The notes under the pieces: generated by a model | The model's database searches: none | What the model was told of the DNA's origin: nothing | Seen by the model: the letters and a program-made list of their open reading frames with translations, nothing else | Shown here: piece after piece, positions 51,195 through 64,000 of the stretch | Layout of the letters: every line of letters starts with the position of its first letter | How positions within the stretch are numbered: position 1 is the stretch's first letter | NCBI GenBank assembly: GCA_030704615.1 | Contig: CM060734.1 | Span: forward strand, 37,758,001-37,822,000 | Origin: Takakia lepidozioides | Lineage: Eukaryota; Plantae; Bryophyta | Length of the DNA: 64,000 nt | Direction: 5' to 3' | Program-made: the position numbers and the translations under genes

Positions 51195-54100
51195 TGTCAC
51201 GGACATAGCCCAGAGGAACTTACCAGGAGTAAATACCAGAAGTTATCAAGTTACCATGTTATCAAAAGTTACCATGGCTTACCGTGATTTACCGTGATCT
51301 ACCATGATTTACCATTACTTACCAAGTTACCGGAAGTTTACCAAATTACCAAGAGTAACTTGGGAAACTGCTCAGGAAGCTTCATTTGGAGGAAACTTCT
51401 CCATCAAGATACCCCCTTTGTTTAAGGAAGCTTCTCCATCAAGAAACCTCCATAGGGGAAGCTTCTTAGGGAATTTCTTAGTAGCCAGTATATATAGGAG
51501 GCGAGACTGGACACTCTTCAGTCTCGCCAACACAAGTTCAAGCTATTCTTGTTCCTCGTCCCAGTACTCTAGTCCAGTTTCCAGTATCTGGTACTCCAGT
51601 CCAGTTTCCAGCATTCCAATATTCGAGTCGAGTTCCAGTATCTTGTACTCTTGTCCATTGTTATAGAGATCATCTTGATTTATGTTTATCCACCATGCAC
51701 TCGGCCACGCCGACCTTGATTTCTTGTCTAGTCTTGTACCTCTAGTCTAATCTCTTGTTTGTGTTCGGTCATGTTCTCATCCTTGACAGTTTGGCGAGAC
51801 TAAAGTTTGTTCCTTAGTTAGTTAAGATGGAAGACACATTTGCGGAAATGGTCGCCACATTGCAGAGTCTTCAGCTCCAGCTGCAAGAACTTCGTACCTC
51901 TACCGCCCAATTGCAAGCTGATCAGTCTCAAGATCTTGGCAACGCTCTCCACAATTCACAACAACAAATTTCAGAGTTAAATGAGTCGAACAATGGATCT
52001 TCAACCATACGAGTCTCTACTGCAACAGCTCCTACTGCAACGGTTCATCTTCAACAGATTACGAGAGAACCAAAGATCAGCATGCCCGAGAAATTTGATA
52101 GGACGAGATCAAGATTTCGCGGTTTTGTTCAACAAGTACGACTGTTCCTACGACTACATCCACAACGCTACCCCGATGAAGGTATTCAAGTGGGATTCGT
52201 GGGCACCCTTCTATCAGGCACTGCCCTATCTTGGTTTGCACCGCTATTAGAAAACAAATTCGTATTTACTATATAATTTTGAAGCATTCATGTCCGAGTT
52301 CACTGCAACGTTTGGAGAGAATGATAGAGAGAGAGTGACAAAGATGCGAAATCTTCAACAAAGAGCACGTCCTGCTTCCGTTTATGCTGCCGAATTTTGA
52401 CAACTTGCGTGCGATCTCGACTGGAATGAGAAAAACCTCATTAGTCAGTTTCGATGTGGACTAAAAGATGATGTAAAAGATTTGTTGCCGACAATGTCAA
52501 ATGTGAGCGTACTGAGTGAATTCATCACCCAAGTCATTGCATGCGATAATCGTTTGTTCGAAAGACGTCAAGAAAAGCGATCTGGATGGTCGACGACGCA
52601 TCATGTCACTGCTACTACGGCACCAAACACAATGATCCATCAGACATCCGGTAGTGATCTTATGCAGATCAGAGTGCAAAATCGAGAGATCTCTGTAGAA
52701 GCACTTTTGGACTCAGGGGCTTCAGCTTGTTTTATGGACAAAAACTTTGCAAAGCAACACAATTTAACGCTCGTAAAGAAGAAACTTTTGGCCCCCGTTG
52801 AAGTCATCGATGGACGACCGTTAACATCAGGAAATGTGAACCATGAAACTCGACCACTTGAAATGAAGCTTAAAGACCAAGCATCATATATTGTTTTCAA
52901 CGTCATCCAGTCTCCAACGAATCATGTGATCCTTGGGCTTCCCTAGTTCGTACTTCACAATCCCGACATCGATTGGCGATCGCGAAAACAAATTGTAGAA
53001 ATATCAAAAATATTCAACCCTTATTCCTTGGAGCTAGAGCTTTCATGAAAGCTACCAAAAAAGAGGCGGCATTTGTACTTTATGCGATTCCGATCAAGAC
53101 CACAATAGACAAAGGTACTTCAACATTACCCGCTCAATATCAAGATTTCAACGATGTCTTCGAGAATAAAAATGCAGACATATTGCCAGAACATCGATCT
53201 TATGACTGTGCAATTGAGTTACAAGAAAGAGCCCAACCACCATTTGGCCCAATCTATAACTTATCGCAAACGGAGTTGGCTACATTACGTGAATACATTG
53301 ATGAAAATTTGTCGAAGCACTTCATCAGACATTCAAAATCACCTGCGGGGGCGCCTATCTTGTTTGTGAAAAAGAAGGATGGATCATTACGCATGTGTGT
53401 CGACTATCGTGGTCTCAACAAAATCACAATCAAGAATCGTTATCCGTTGCCGCTGATTTCTGGGCTTCTCGACCAGCTAGAACGAGCGAAGATTTTCACC
53501 AAAATTGACTTGAGAGGAGTTTATAACCTTGTACGGATAAAAGAATGAGACGAATGGAAAACAACTTTTCAAACAAAGTATGGACATTTTGAATACAGTG
53601 TTATGTCTTTCGGTCTTACAAATGCTCCAGCAATTTTCCAACATATGATGAATGACATTTTTCGAGAATTTTTAGATGACTTTGTAGTCATCTATTTGGA
53701 TGACATTTTGATATTTTCACAGAATGAAGAAGAACATGGCCGCGATGTACGCCTTGTCCTTGATAAATTAAGAGAAAGAGGACTATATGCCAAGTTGGAG
53801 AAATGTCTTTTCCATCAATCTGAGGTCGAATTTATGGGCTACATTATTTCCGACAAAGGTGTCTTTATGGATCAGAAGAAAATACAAACCATCATCGAGT
53901 GGATTAAACCAACTTCGGTCCGAGATATACAATGTTTTTTGGGCTTTGCAAATTTCTATAGAATCTTCATCAATGACTACTCCAAAATTGTTGCACCATT
54001 GACACAACTCATATGGAAGGACAAATTTGTATGGGACAAGAAGGCTGACCAGACATTTGAAAGGTTGAAGCAGGCATTTACAACGGGTACATGCAGACCC

Positions 54101-56366
54101 ATCTAAACCATTCTTCTTGGAAGCAGATGCATCAGACTTTGCACTTAGCGCTATACTTTCTCAATACGGTACGGATGGCCGATTTTACCCTGTTGGTTTT
54201 CGTTCTCGCAAATTTTCCGCTGCAGAGATCAATTATGAAATCCATGATAAAGAACTTCTAGTGATCATCGATGCTTTTGAGGAGTGGCGTCATCTACTGG
54301 AGGGAGCTAAACATCAGGTCATTGTCTACACCGATCACAAAAATCTCGAATATTTTATGAGTGCTCGTGTTTTGAATCGACGTCAAGTCAGATAGGGTAT
54401 GTCACTAGCAAGGTTTGATTTTGTTATTACCTATCGCCCCGGACATCTTCAAGGGAAACCCGATGCTCTTTCTCGACGATCGTATCTTGCGCCGAAAAAA
54501 AAGGAGGCAGCTTTCGACCAACATAAATCCATCATCTTGAAACCAAGAAATCTCCAATTGAATATGCTATCCATGTCCACCTATGACAATGCAGAGATCA
54601 TAAAAGAGATTCAGGAAGCACTGAAGAGTGACCAATTTGCTACGACACTACGAAGTCAACTAAATCAACCTCGAGACAACCCACAGGTTACAAACGACTT
54701 CAAAGATGGATTACTTTATTTCAAGAGACTTCTCTATGTACCTCTAGGACCTACACGGCTTCGAATTCTTCAAATATGTCATGATCTTCCGGCTGCAGGA
54801 CATTTCGGCTTCAACAAAACAATGGAATTGATATCCAGGGACTATTGGTGGCCGCAGATGTGGAAACTCGTGAAAGAATTTATAAAATCTTGCGACACGT
54901 ATGCTAGAGCGAATGGACCACGACATTGACCTTACGGCCTTCTTCAACCATTACCCATTCCCAAGGGTCCATGGTCGTCCGTGTCTATGGACTTTATTAC
55001 GGACCTTCCAATTCCCAATACCACCGATTCAATTTTTGTTATGGTAGATTGTTTTACGAAAATAACACATTTCATTCCATGTAATAAGACTGTTACCGGT
55101 GAGGAAACTGCAAGACTCTTCCTCAATAATATCTACCGCATTCATGGATTCCTGAAGGACATCATATCTGATCGAGGACCACAGTTCATATCAAATTTCT
55201 GGAGGGGATTAATTCACATATTGGATACTAAGATCAACCTCTCTACAGCTAATCATCCACAGACTAATGGTTAAACCGAAAGTGTAAGTCAGATTTTGGA
55301 GCAGTATCTTCGCTGTACGATAAATTATCACCAAGATAATTGGACGAACCTTCTATCATTGGCTGAGTTTGCCTACAACAACACTATACATTCTTCGACC
55401 AAGCATTTTTTTCCAATTATGGTCATCATCCTCGAGCAAACCCGTTCCACATGAAGACTGTTGGAAGCCCTGCTGCAGAAAACTTTGCTACTCATCTTGC
55501 TACGATTCACAAGGAGCTTACATTCCACCTCGCAGAAGCTCAAAAACAATACAAGGAGTATGCAGATCAACGTCGCCAACTCCAACCCCAGTTCAAGGTC
55601 GGAGATTGTGTGTGGTTCCTTCAACGGGACAAACAAACCTCGCGACCATCAAGAAAGTTGGATTATCAACGAAGTATGCGCATCCATTCAGTCTTTCATG
55701 TTTCATTATTGGAGTCGTATCATCCATCGAATATTCCAGAGAGAGTCTCCGTACCACCTCCACCAATTGAAGTCAATCGGGAAATTAAGTATAAAGTCGA
55801 CGAAGTCCTAGACTCTCGCATCAAGTATAAACGTCTTGAGTATTTCGTACATTGGAAAGGCTACGACATCAGCGAATGAACGTGGGAACCTTCATCCAAC
55901 CTCGCCAATGCATCTGACAAAGTCCAAGAGTTTCATCAACGATATCCAACTAAGCCCCGAGCCCCGTCAATAAGACAACACGACGACGATGGCAGTCAAG
56001 TTAGCTTCAAGGTGAAGACTCCACATTCAGTGTACCTGACACACACTAAGGAGGGAGGTTTTCCAACTCTAAGCAAGTCCAAGATTTTACCGCTCCTCGA
56101 GGAACTCGGCGATAGAGGAAGGGGTGATGTCACGGACATAGCCCAGAGGAACATACCAGGAGTAGATATTAGAAGTTACCAAGTTACCATGTTACCGAAA
56201 GTTACCATGACTTACCGTGATTTACCGTAATCTACCATGATTTACCATTACTTATCAAGTTACCGGGAGTTTATCAAATTACTAAGAGTAACTTGGGAAA
56301 CTGCTCATGAAGCTTCTTTTGGAGGAAACTTCTCCATCAAGATACCTTTTTTGCTTAAGGAAGCTT
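51195..56366 (+). mobile_element. Tcn1-like chromovirus (Gypsy) nested in the RT of the DNMT element: 5' LTR 51195-51788, gag-PR-RT-RH-INT-chromodomain, PPT, truncated 3' LTR 56128-56366
   Basis: LTR TGTCA..TGACA; REPKISMPEKFD, ALLDSGAS, YLDDILIFS, EADASDFA, SMDFITDLP; chromodomain YKVDEVLDSR..EYFVHWKGY; PPT GATAGAGGAAGGGGTGA. Confidence 0.95.
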
Positions 56367-57699
56367 GTTTGTACCAATGGCGGTTCTTACCGTTTGGGTT
56401 GAAGATGCTCCTGCAGAGTTTCAGAGGGTCATGGATAGGATTCTCGCGGGGCTAGACTTCGCCTGGTGCTACATTGATGACATCATCGTCTTTAGTGCTA
56501 TAGTTGAGGAGCGCCATGAGAGACACCTTCAGGTGATGTTGGAGCGCTTGAGAGCGCACGGGTTGAAATTGCACCCTGGAAAGTGCAAGTTCTTCCACAA
56601 TCAGATTGAGTATCTGGGCCACATGATATACCCTGGAGGATTGGGTGTTCAACAGACAAAGGTGGAGGCCATTGCATGCATTCCACGCCCCATGGATGTG
56701 AGCAGAGTTTGTGCTTTCATGGGATTGACAAACTACTATCGACGGTTTGTCAAGGGATTTAACAACATTGCAAAAGCTCTTACCAAGTTGACCAATAATT
56801 TAGCCACTCGTACCCTTTTTCAAAATCCTTAAAAAAAACCCTGGACACCACCAAAATCTGATACCCCCTCACACTAAAAACATCCTACCGTGCAGGGAAT
56901 TTATGATTTTCGTGTGCCGTTTATTGGAGCATGTAGAGGACAATGACACGTACATTTTTTCATTCGACGGACTGCATGATCATCCGACTTCATGCATGGA
57001 AGTTATGGCATGTATGAAAAATGAAGCGACTCGAAAATCGATCGCGTCATCGTTTCGGGGTTAAGCCTATGGTACTCTTTGAGTTGAATTAAGCTTTTGG
57101 CTTTCTTGAAGGTGCTGATTTATTGATATGTCATTAGGGATTATGACATGGCAATTTTCCATTCTCAAAATAAATATAAGAAGCGGAAATTATGGTGTAT
57201 CTTTCTCCCGATGGAGTACTTGCCACTACGGCATTATGTTGGAAGTAGGCACTTTGAACCCTAGATCACCTAGGTCATGCACAAGCAAGGCACAATCTCC
57301 CAACCACTTGGCTGCATGCTCTAATGCTCCCCAAATTAACACCAAATTCCCAAGGCTTCTCATTAGAAGATATTAGGGTCTTTAAGACCACGGACTTAGT
57401 GTATTGAACGACGCAAAGAAGGGTGGAAGGGCTTCCAACCTAGCGCTAACTGCGGTAGGGCTCAGGGGAGACAAGAGGGGCCATGACCAGCCTCATAACC
57501 ACATAAAACATTAAAAGTGTAAGACTTTCTAGGAAATAGTAGGTAGTGCAATGGTGAAGAACCTCCAATGGTACCTATTAAGGATTGTGTTCAGTTTCAA
57601 GTGGGAGCTACGAGTCTTAATTATAATAAATATTTTTTGAACTCGTTATTCCGCAAAAAAATTTCTAAGTCCTGATTTCTTTTATGTTGCAAGCGGGCA

Positions 57700-58440
57700 A
57701 GCGCGGCGGACCTCCAGAGTGAATCTGGCGGATAGGGGCCCCACTGACCCCTTGACCAATATCCAGTGGATTGGATGTTTAAGTGGACCGTCCAATGGAC
57801 AGGTGCAGCAGACCTCAAGAGTGAACCCCGGCGGACAAGCGCCCCACTGACTCACGGACCATCCAGTGGATTGGATGTTTAAGTGGACCATCTAGTGGAC
57901 ATGCTCATGGACCATCCTGAGTTATAGGGAAAATGCCTATGACTGATCACCCCATAAATGCTTCGATTAGGTCCTATACACTTTTGTTTTTTGAAAGGTC
58001 GACCTACCTTTTTTGTGGGAAGATAATAGGAATAATAGAAGAACTTAATGCACACGTGCAACCTCTTTGACAGGATGGTACGCCGGTTTCCGGCATGTCA
58101 AATCTTCCCCACCCTCTCTTGAGAGTGACATGGAATTGAAGGAGTGTCAACTCCAGTCAGGGTTACACGACGAGGTGTGTAACTCCACTTGGGGTTATAT
58201 TGGGTTACACTACAAAAGATGTATAACTCCATTTGGGGTTACATTGGGTTACACTGACGAGATGTATAACTCCACTCGGGGTTACACAGAAATGGAGTGT
58301 AATTCCACTTGTGTAACTCACACTTGGTCTCGAAATTTGACTAAGTCCAAATTTGGCTAAGTATAAAATGGACTAATCAGTGTTACATGAGAAACCAGGG
58401 TTACACCCGTGGAGGGTTACATCGACTGGGGTTACCATAC
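57700..58440. repeat. Two ~105-bp tandem units (57705-57905) and a cluster of imperfect GTAACTCCACTTGGGGTTAC hairpin-like repeats (58150-58440); probably DNA-transposon subterminal DNA
   Basis: atccagtggattggatgtttaagtggacc occurs twice, with an inverted relative at ~59075-59110; repeated taactcca..gggttaca. Confidence 0.6.
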
Positions 58441-59365
58441 AAAAGCCTCCCGTGAAGAATCAAACCCTAAACCTCACCGCCTATCACCTTACCATCACGC
58501 TACCCACCGCAACTTACAACCCACTCGGATTCTTAAGTATTTAATAGTGAAACCGAGGTAAGAGAGGGTGGGGAGGATTTGACAGGGGCCCCGCCAGAGG
58601 AGCCCAAGTTGCCGGAATCCGGCGAAAGTACCGTTGGATTACACGCATCCATTAAGTTCTTACATTACTCCTATTATCTTCATTTTTTGTGCTAGGTCAA
58701 TTTCTTTTTTGACTTTCATTATAACAATAGAAAATACCTTTTACATGAGATGTTGATAAATTATTGACCTTTCACACAATCATAAATTAGAAATTAGAAA
58801 TGAAAGAGAAGTTTGAACATCTTACGATCAGTCCAAAATAAGAACCCTTTTGGTTTGTGCCACATTATACTGATCTCCAATCCATATTCTCCAACTTGAA
58901 GTGTAAAATTATCCCTTTCACAAATTGGGTAGCTATATTACTTATAAAATGGTATTTGGGTACTTCGGAATGTCTCTCATTTTTTAAATATTAAGGTCTT
59001 TAATGTGTGTGTGGGCCCCGCCAGTATGGATCCATGGGTCACCCAAGTCAACGCACGTGCGGCCACGTCAGCATGTCCACTGGGCGTTCCACTTAACCAT
59101 CCAATCCACCAATATAATGGTGATCATCCACACTCACTTGTCAACCTCTATTGCTATGAACATCTTCTCACTTCGGGGCGGCTGCTTGAAGTCCTATACA
59201 ATTCTTGGAAATTTGAAACATTGGCACATGTTCCTTGACTTCTAGTAAACAACCTCAAATGAATCCCATCTTAACAGCCGTACCCAAACACTTTTTATTG
59301 AGATTACCTTTCATATATGAAAATACAATAAAAAAGATTAAAATTTCCCCCTCTATGTAGCTTCG

Positions 59366-62300
59366 TGTCGCGGCCCTTTGCCTTGAGGGCAAAGGGTCGG
59401 GACACGAGAGGGCTGCCCCTGTGGTGGGGGCAGTGGCAACAATAGGTACGGGGGCTGAAGCACCCTTGAGTGCCCAAGGCACTCAAGGAGGCGGAGGTGC
59501 TCACTAGGTAGAGCCCCGCACACCGGGTTGCGGTGGGGGTGGTTCCACGAGGGGTGATGGTAGCTTAGTGGGTTTTAGTGGGGGTGGCATAGGACTCACC
59601 ATGGGGCGGAGACCTTGTGGTGGGAGTCGTGGGGAGTCTTGGGACTCATCACGGTCCTATGGGGCCGTGGTAGGTGGGCCAAGATTCACCGCGACTCATC
59701 ACCGGGAATGGAGGGTCTTCATGATGGTTCGCCATAAAATGACTGGGTTGTTTGTGAAACCCCCGCGGACAGTCACAAAAGTATATATAGGGAGTAGTAA
59801 CCCCGAGAACGGTGCAAGCCCGTTGTGTGACCAAAAATAGTGAGTAAGCGGCGAGCGACCAAGGTGTGGGGAGCTGTTCGGACTGCCAACAACCAAAGGG
59901 AATTTCACTAGGCCCAAATTGAGCGAGGGTCTGGTGGAGGAGTAAAGGGGGACCGTTATGTCCCGGTGAGCAGCCGAAGCTCCGAGTTGGCCGGCGGCCA
60001 GTTTGGGAGTTAGACGCGCGTATCAAAGCGAGTAACTATGACCTGAAGGGGAGCTTACCGAAGTGAGGTGCGCGACACTTGGTATCAGAGCTTAGAGTTC
60101 AGTACGCAATCGTCCTTGAGATCGGCCTCATCATGGGGTTGGGCAAGACAAAGCGAAAGCGGAACGACCCGAAAGATGATCATTGTCCCACCGGATTTTC
60201 TTCCTGAACTACTTCATCTATCACCGGTGCTACAGTGTCATGACCTTCCGCCTGTGGTACCTCCGACACAAGTGTGTGTATTATTGCCTCAGGATTTCCC
60301 TTGGGCAACTGTTGCACCTCTGGGATCTCTGTCTCCTTGACCAGACCAGAATATTCATAGAGAAGGTCCCCCTTCTCTATTTCTGCCACTATCTGTTCTG
60401 TAGTTGGAATATCTAACCCTTCTTTTTCCAAATCAATTATTTCTGGTTGAGCTGCATGGATAACTTGTGACCTTGTGACAAGTCGATCAGCTGGCCGGTG
60501 CCCCGAAAGGAAAATCAGGTGCGGCGGCTTATGGCAGACAGAAGGCGACCTTTGATGGAGTGTGTTTTAATTGCGGGGAGCCCGGGCACATGGCCAAGAA
60601 GTGCGCAAAACCCCGACAATTGAATATGACTCGGGCGACCACGGAGCTGTCCGAAGATTCCATTAGTCGCTTGGTGGAAGCGGTGGTCGCCAAGACTTGC
60701 AAGGTAGACAACTACTCTTGTGAGTTGTATCAGGAGACTGGCGCCTTGCATAAAGGGAGTCAGTTAATGTTTGTGAGTGGGATAATTTTCGGAATTAACG
60801 TGTCGTTGTTGGTGGACATAGGAGCGTCGCACTCCTTCATGACACCGGCAATGGCACGGAAGCTGGGGCTCCCGGCAATTGATGTGGGGGCCTCTATTGA
60901 AGTGCGTTCTACCAAAGGAGAACCACAATTGGCGACGAGGTTGGCGTTCGATATTCCTCTTCAGCTCGGGAGTTGGGAGGGACGTGAGAACTTCACCATT
61001 TGCGAGATCGGTGGAGTGAATCTCATTTTGGGGATGACCTTTTTGAGCAAATCCGGAGCGGTCATAGATGGCCGCAAGAAAATAGTCACGGTATCGTGTG
61101 GGAATGGTGGGGAAGTGTTACGGGTGTCAGAAATGCCCAACCGAGTGGGAGGGCAAATAAACCTGCTGTCAGCAAAGAAGTGGGCCGTGAAGGAGCCACA
61201 CGAGCCCCAAATTTTGCTTTACGTAAGACAAGTGGAAGGAGAAGTCCGATAGGGAGCGAGCCCAGATTGGATCAAGGGGATCCTGGAGAAATACCAGGAT
61301 GTGATGCCGGAGGATTTACCAAGCGGCTTGCCACCGCAAAGAGGAGTTGACCATAAGATAGAGGTGATACCAGGATCGGAGCCGCCTGCCAAGTCGCCCT
61401 ACCGGTTGAGCCACAGAGAGTTGGTTGATCTGAAAGCTCAGCTCAAGGATCTAATGTCAAAGAGGTACATCCGGCTGAGTAAGTCACCTTACGGAGCCCC
61501 GGTGCTATTTGCAGACAAGAAGGATGGGACGCTGCGGATGTGTGTCGATTACAAGGCTCTGAATAAGGTGACTATAAAAAACCGGTACCCTTTGCCAATG
61601 ATCGATGACCTCTTTGATCGGTTGGCAGGAGCGAAGTATTTTAGCCGGATCGATTTGCGCTCCGGCTACCATTAAATCCGAGTGGCGGAAGGAGATGAGG
61701 AGAAGACTGCGTGCAGGACAACATATGGTTCATATGAGTTCATGGTGATGTCTTTTGGGCTCACCAACGCACCCGCGACCTTAGCACGCTAATGAACAGC
61801 CTATTCCATGAGTGGTTGGATGACTTTGTGATCGTGTACATCGACGATATCTTGGTGTACTCGTAAACAAAGGAAGAGCACCTGGAGCACCTAAAAAGGG
61901 TGTTCCAGAAATTGCGGGAAGGGAAGTTGTATGCCAAAGCTTCAAAGTGCGAATTCGGGGTCACAAAAGTGGAGTTCCTGGGGCATGTGATTACACAGGA
62001 TGGGATCAAAATAGATGACAGAAAGGTGAGGGCGATCTTGGACTAGGAGCCTCCGACTTCGGTCCTGGGAGTGCGATCCTTCCTAGGACTCACCTCCTAT
62101 TACCGAAAGTATGTGAGAAATTTCGCCAAGATCGCGGGGCTGCTGTTAGACCTTCTATGTAAGTCCAAGGTATGGGTATGGAACACTTTTTGTGGCCAAG
62201 CTTTTGCCGAGTTGAAGTAGTGGATGGTGGAAGCTCCAGTCTTGAAAATCTCGGAGTTCAACCGTCCATTTGAGATTCATACAGATGCGTCGGATTTCGC

Positions 62301-64000
62301 AATTGGGGGTGTGCTCATGCAGGATGGACGTCCAGTGGCTTACGAAAGTAAGAAACTGAATGAAGTGGAGCGACGGTGGCCTACGCACGAGAAAGAAGTG
62401 AAGGCGGTGGTGCATTGCCTTGAGCTTTGGCGCCACTATGTTGGTTCCAACCCGGTGAAGGTGTTCACGGACAATGTCGCGGTGAAGTATTTTGCCACGC
62501 AGCCTAAGTTGTCCCAAAACAACTTAGGTGGCAAGACACTTTGGCAGTGTTCGACGTGGATATCCAATACAAACCGGGATGGGACAATGTGGTGGCCGAT
62601 GCTTTAAGTAGAAAGCAGTAGCTCATGTTGGTGTACAGGGGCGAGACGGCGCTCCAAAAGAAGCTCCGGAAGGCTTACCGGAAGGATGAGATGGCGAAGT
62701 CCGTGATGCGGGACTTGAGAATGGGAGTTAAATTTCCACTTGCACAATGGACTGCTCTGGTACAAGCAAAAGCACGTGCCGAAGGGAGGGATCAGAGATA
62801 GTCTCTTGAGAGAATGCCACGATGGTTCGCTTGCGGGCCACGGCGGAGCCAAATGCACCGCAACGCTATTGAAGAAAGAGTATTTTTAGCCCAAACTGAG
62901 GGAGGAGGCCAAGGAGTATGTCAAGACATGCACCACATGCCAACAAAATCGGAGCGAGTACAAAAAGCAAGCGGGAATTTACAACCCTTGCCGATTCTAA
63001 AGGGGTCTAGGGAAAGTGTCTCGATGGATTTCATGACTGCTATGCCGCTGTCAAAAGGATTCAATGCAATCATGGTGGTAGTGGATAGGTTCAGTAAAAT
63101 GGGCCATTTCATTCCCACTAAAGAGACGGCAACGGCGCAGGAGACGGGGCGACTTTACTTCACCCACATCTTCAAGCATCATGGACTCCCGAAGGATGTT
63201 GTCTCGGACCGCGATCCAAAGTTTACAAGTAAATTTTGGAGAGCACTTTGGAAGAAAATGAGGACGAGGCTCAAGATGAGCACCGCCTTCCGACCTACGA
63301 CGGGCGGCCAAACGGAAAGAGTGAATTCCATGGTGAAGCAGATCTTGCGGAATTATATGTCGGGAGACCAATCAGACTGGGTGGAGCACTTGGATGCGGC
63401 AAAGTTCTGTTATAATAACACAAAACACTCCGCAACTGGAGTTTTCCCTTTCGTATTGGTCTATGGAAAAGCACCTCTTGTGCCGACAAGTTGGGCCGCC
63501 CAGGACGTTGAGGAACCGTCAACAGCAGCGGTGCTGGAAGAATGCGAGCGTTTGTTGGAGCTCGTAAAGTACAACATTGCCAAAGCTAGGAAACGGTATG
63601 AACGACAGACAAATCGGAAGCGGAGGGAAATTAAGTTTGAGGCAGGCACGGAGGTCTGATTGAACATCAAGAATTTTTGACTACCTCCGGAAGTGAGTCC
63701 GAAGTTCGTACCTCCGTATGTAGGGCCCTTTTACATCCGGAAGGTTATGAATGAGGATGTGTATGAATTTGAGCTGCCGGCAAACAGCAAGGTGCATCCG
63801 GTATTCCACGTCTCCATTTTGAAGCCTTACTTCAAAGATGAAGCACGTCCGAATCGGCATCAAGTGTTGCGTCCGCCACCTGTGCTGTTGGATCATGAAA
63901 ATGAACCTGAGTACGAGGTGAAGACAGTGCTTAAGTCGAAGAGGTTCAAGAATCGAGAAACGGAGTATCTCGTGAAATGGAAGGGCTATCATCAAGTGGA
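59366..64000 (+). mobile_element. Chromovirus (Gypsy) with iMet PBS: 5' LTR 59366-60077, Zn knuckle, PR, RT, RH, INT, chromodomain; degenerate, runs off the window
   Basis: LTR TGTCGCG..CGCGACA; PBS TGGTATCAGAGC at 60080-60091; CFNCGEPGHMAKKC, LVDIGASHSF, YIDDIL, TDASDFAIGGVL, SMDF; EYEVKTVLKSK..EYLVKWKGY at ~63908-63990. Confidence 0.95.

Larger units (their letters stand above)
46735..56792 (+). mobile_element. Ty3/Gypsy element gag - Zn knuckle - protease - C5 DNA methyltransferase - RT, interrupted at ~51155-56366 by a nested insertion; degenerate, LTRs not seen
   Basis: Gag EFFEELRRNYQG..ESLREAY..QAVQFWYGIL; protease RVLLDLGAQSLMLG..YDVLVG; RT N-terminus YRNCFAFGLKDFG..IRIDL..IFQRPY; RT core LPFGLK.APAEFQRVMD..CYIDDIIVFS..IEYLGH. 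Confidence 0.88.

Overview
Eukaryotic land-plant nuclear DNA, probably bryophyte (inferred from protein similarity, spliceosomal introns and TE types). Apparently intact genes: cyclophilin CYP57/CWC27 (29575-34127, +) and plastid ribosomal protein L18 (38278-39585, -). Apparently decaying genes: aromatic amino-acid decarboxylase 5' exons, tRNA-Phe with two substitutions, an EamA/DMT transporter, a GDSL/SGNH esterase and a possible type II membrane protein. The rest is mostly transposons: three related LINE pieces (one with a twin-priming-type 5' inversion), a foldback/MITE, a CACTA remnant with a ~180-bp array and a PPR fragment, a Myb/SANT (Harbinger-type) ORF and several Ty3/Gypsy elements. 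The main finding is a degenerate Gypsy element with a complete non-permuted C5-cytosine DNA methyltransferase domain between protease and RT (~49.6-50.6 kb). A nearby RNaseH-integrase-PHD segment is probably the 3' half of the same family. A Tcn1-like chromovirus nested in that RT shows a self-priming PBS. All calls come from reading the sequence by eye; no searches were run.
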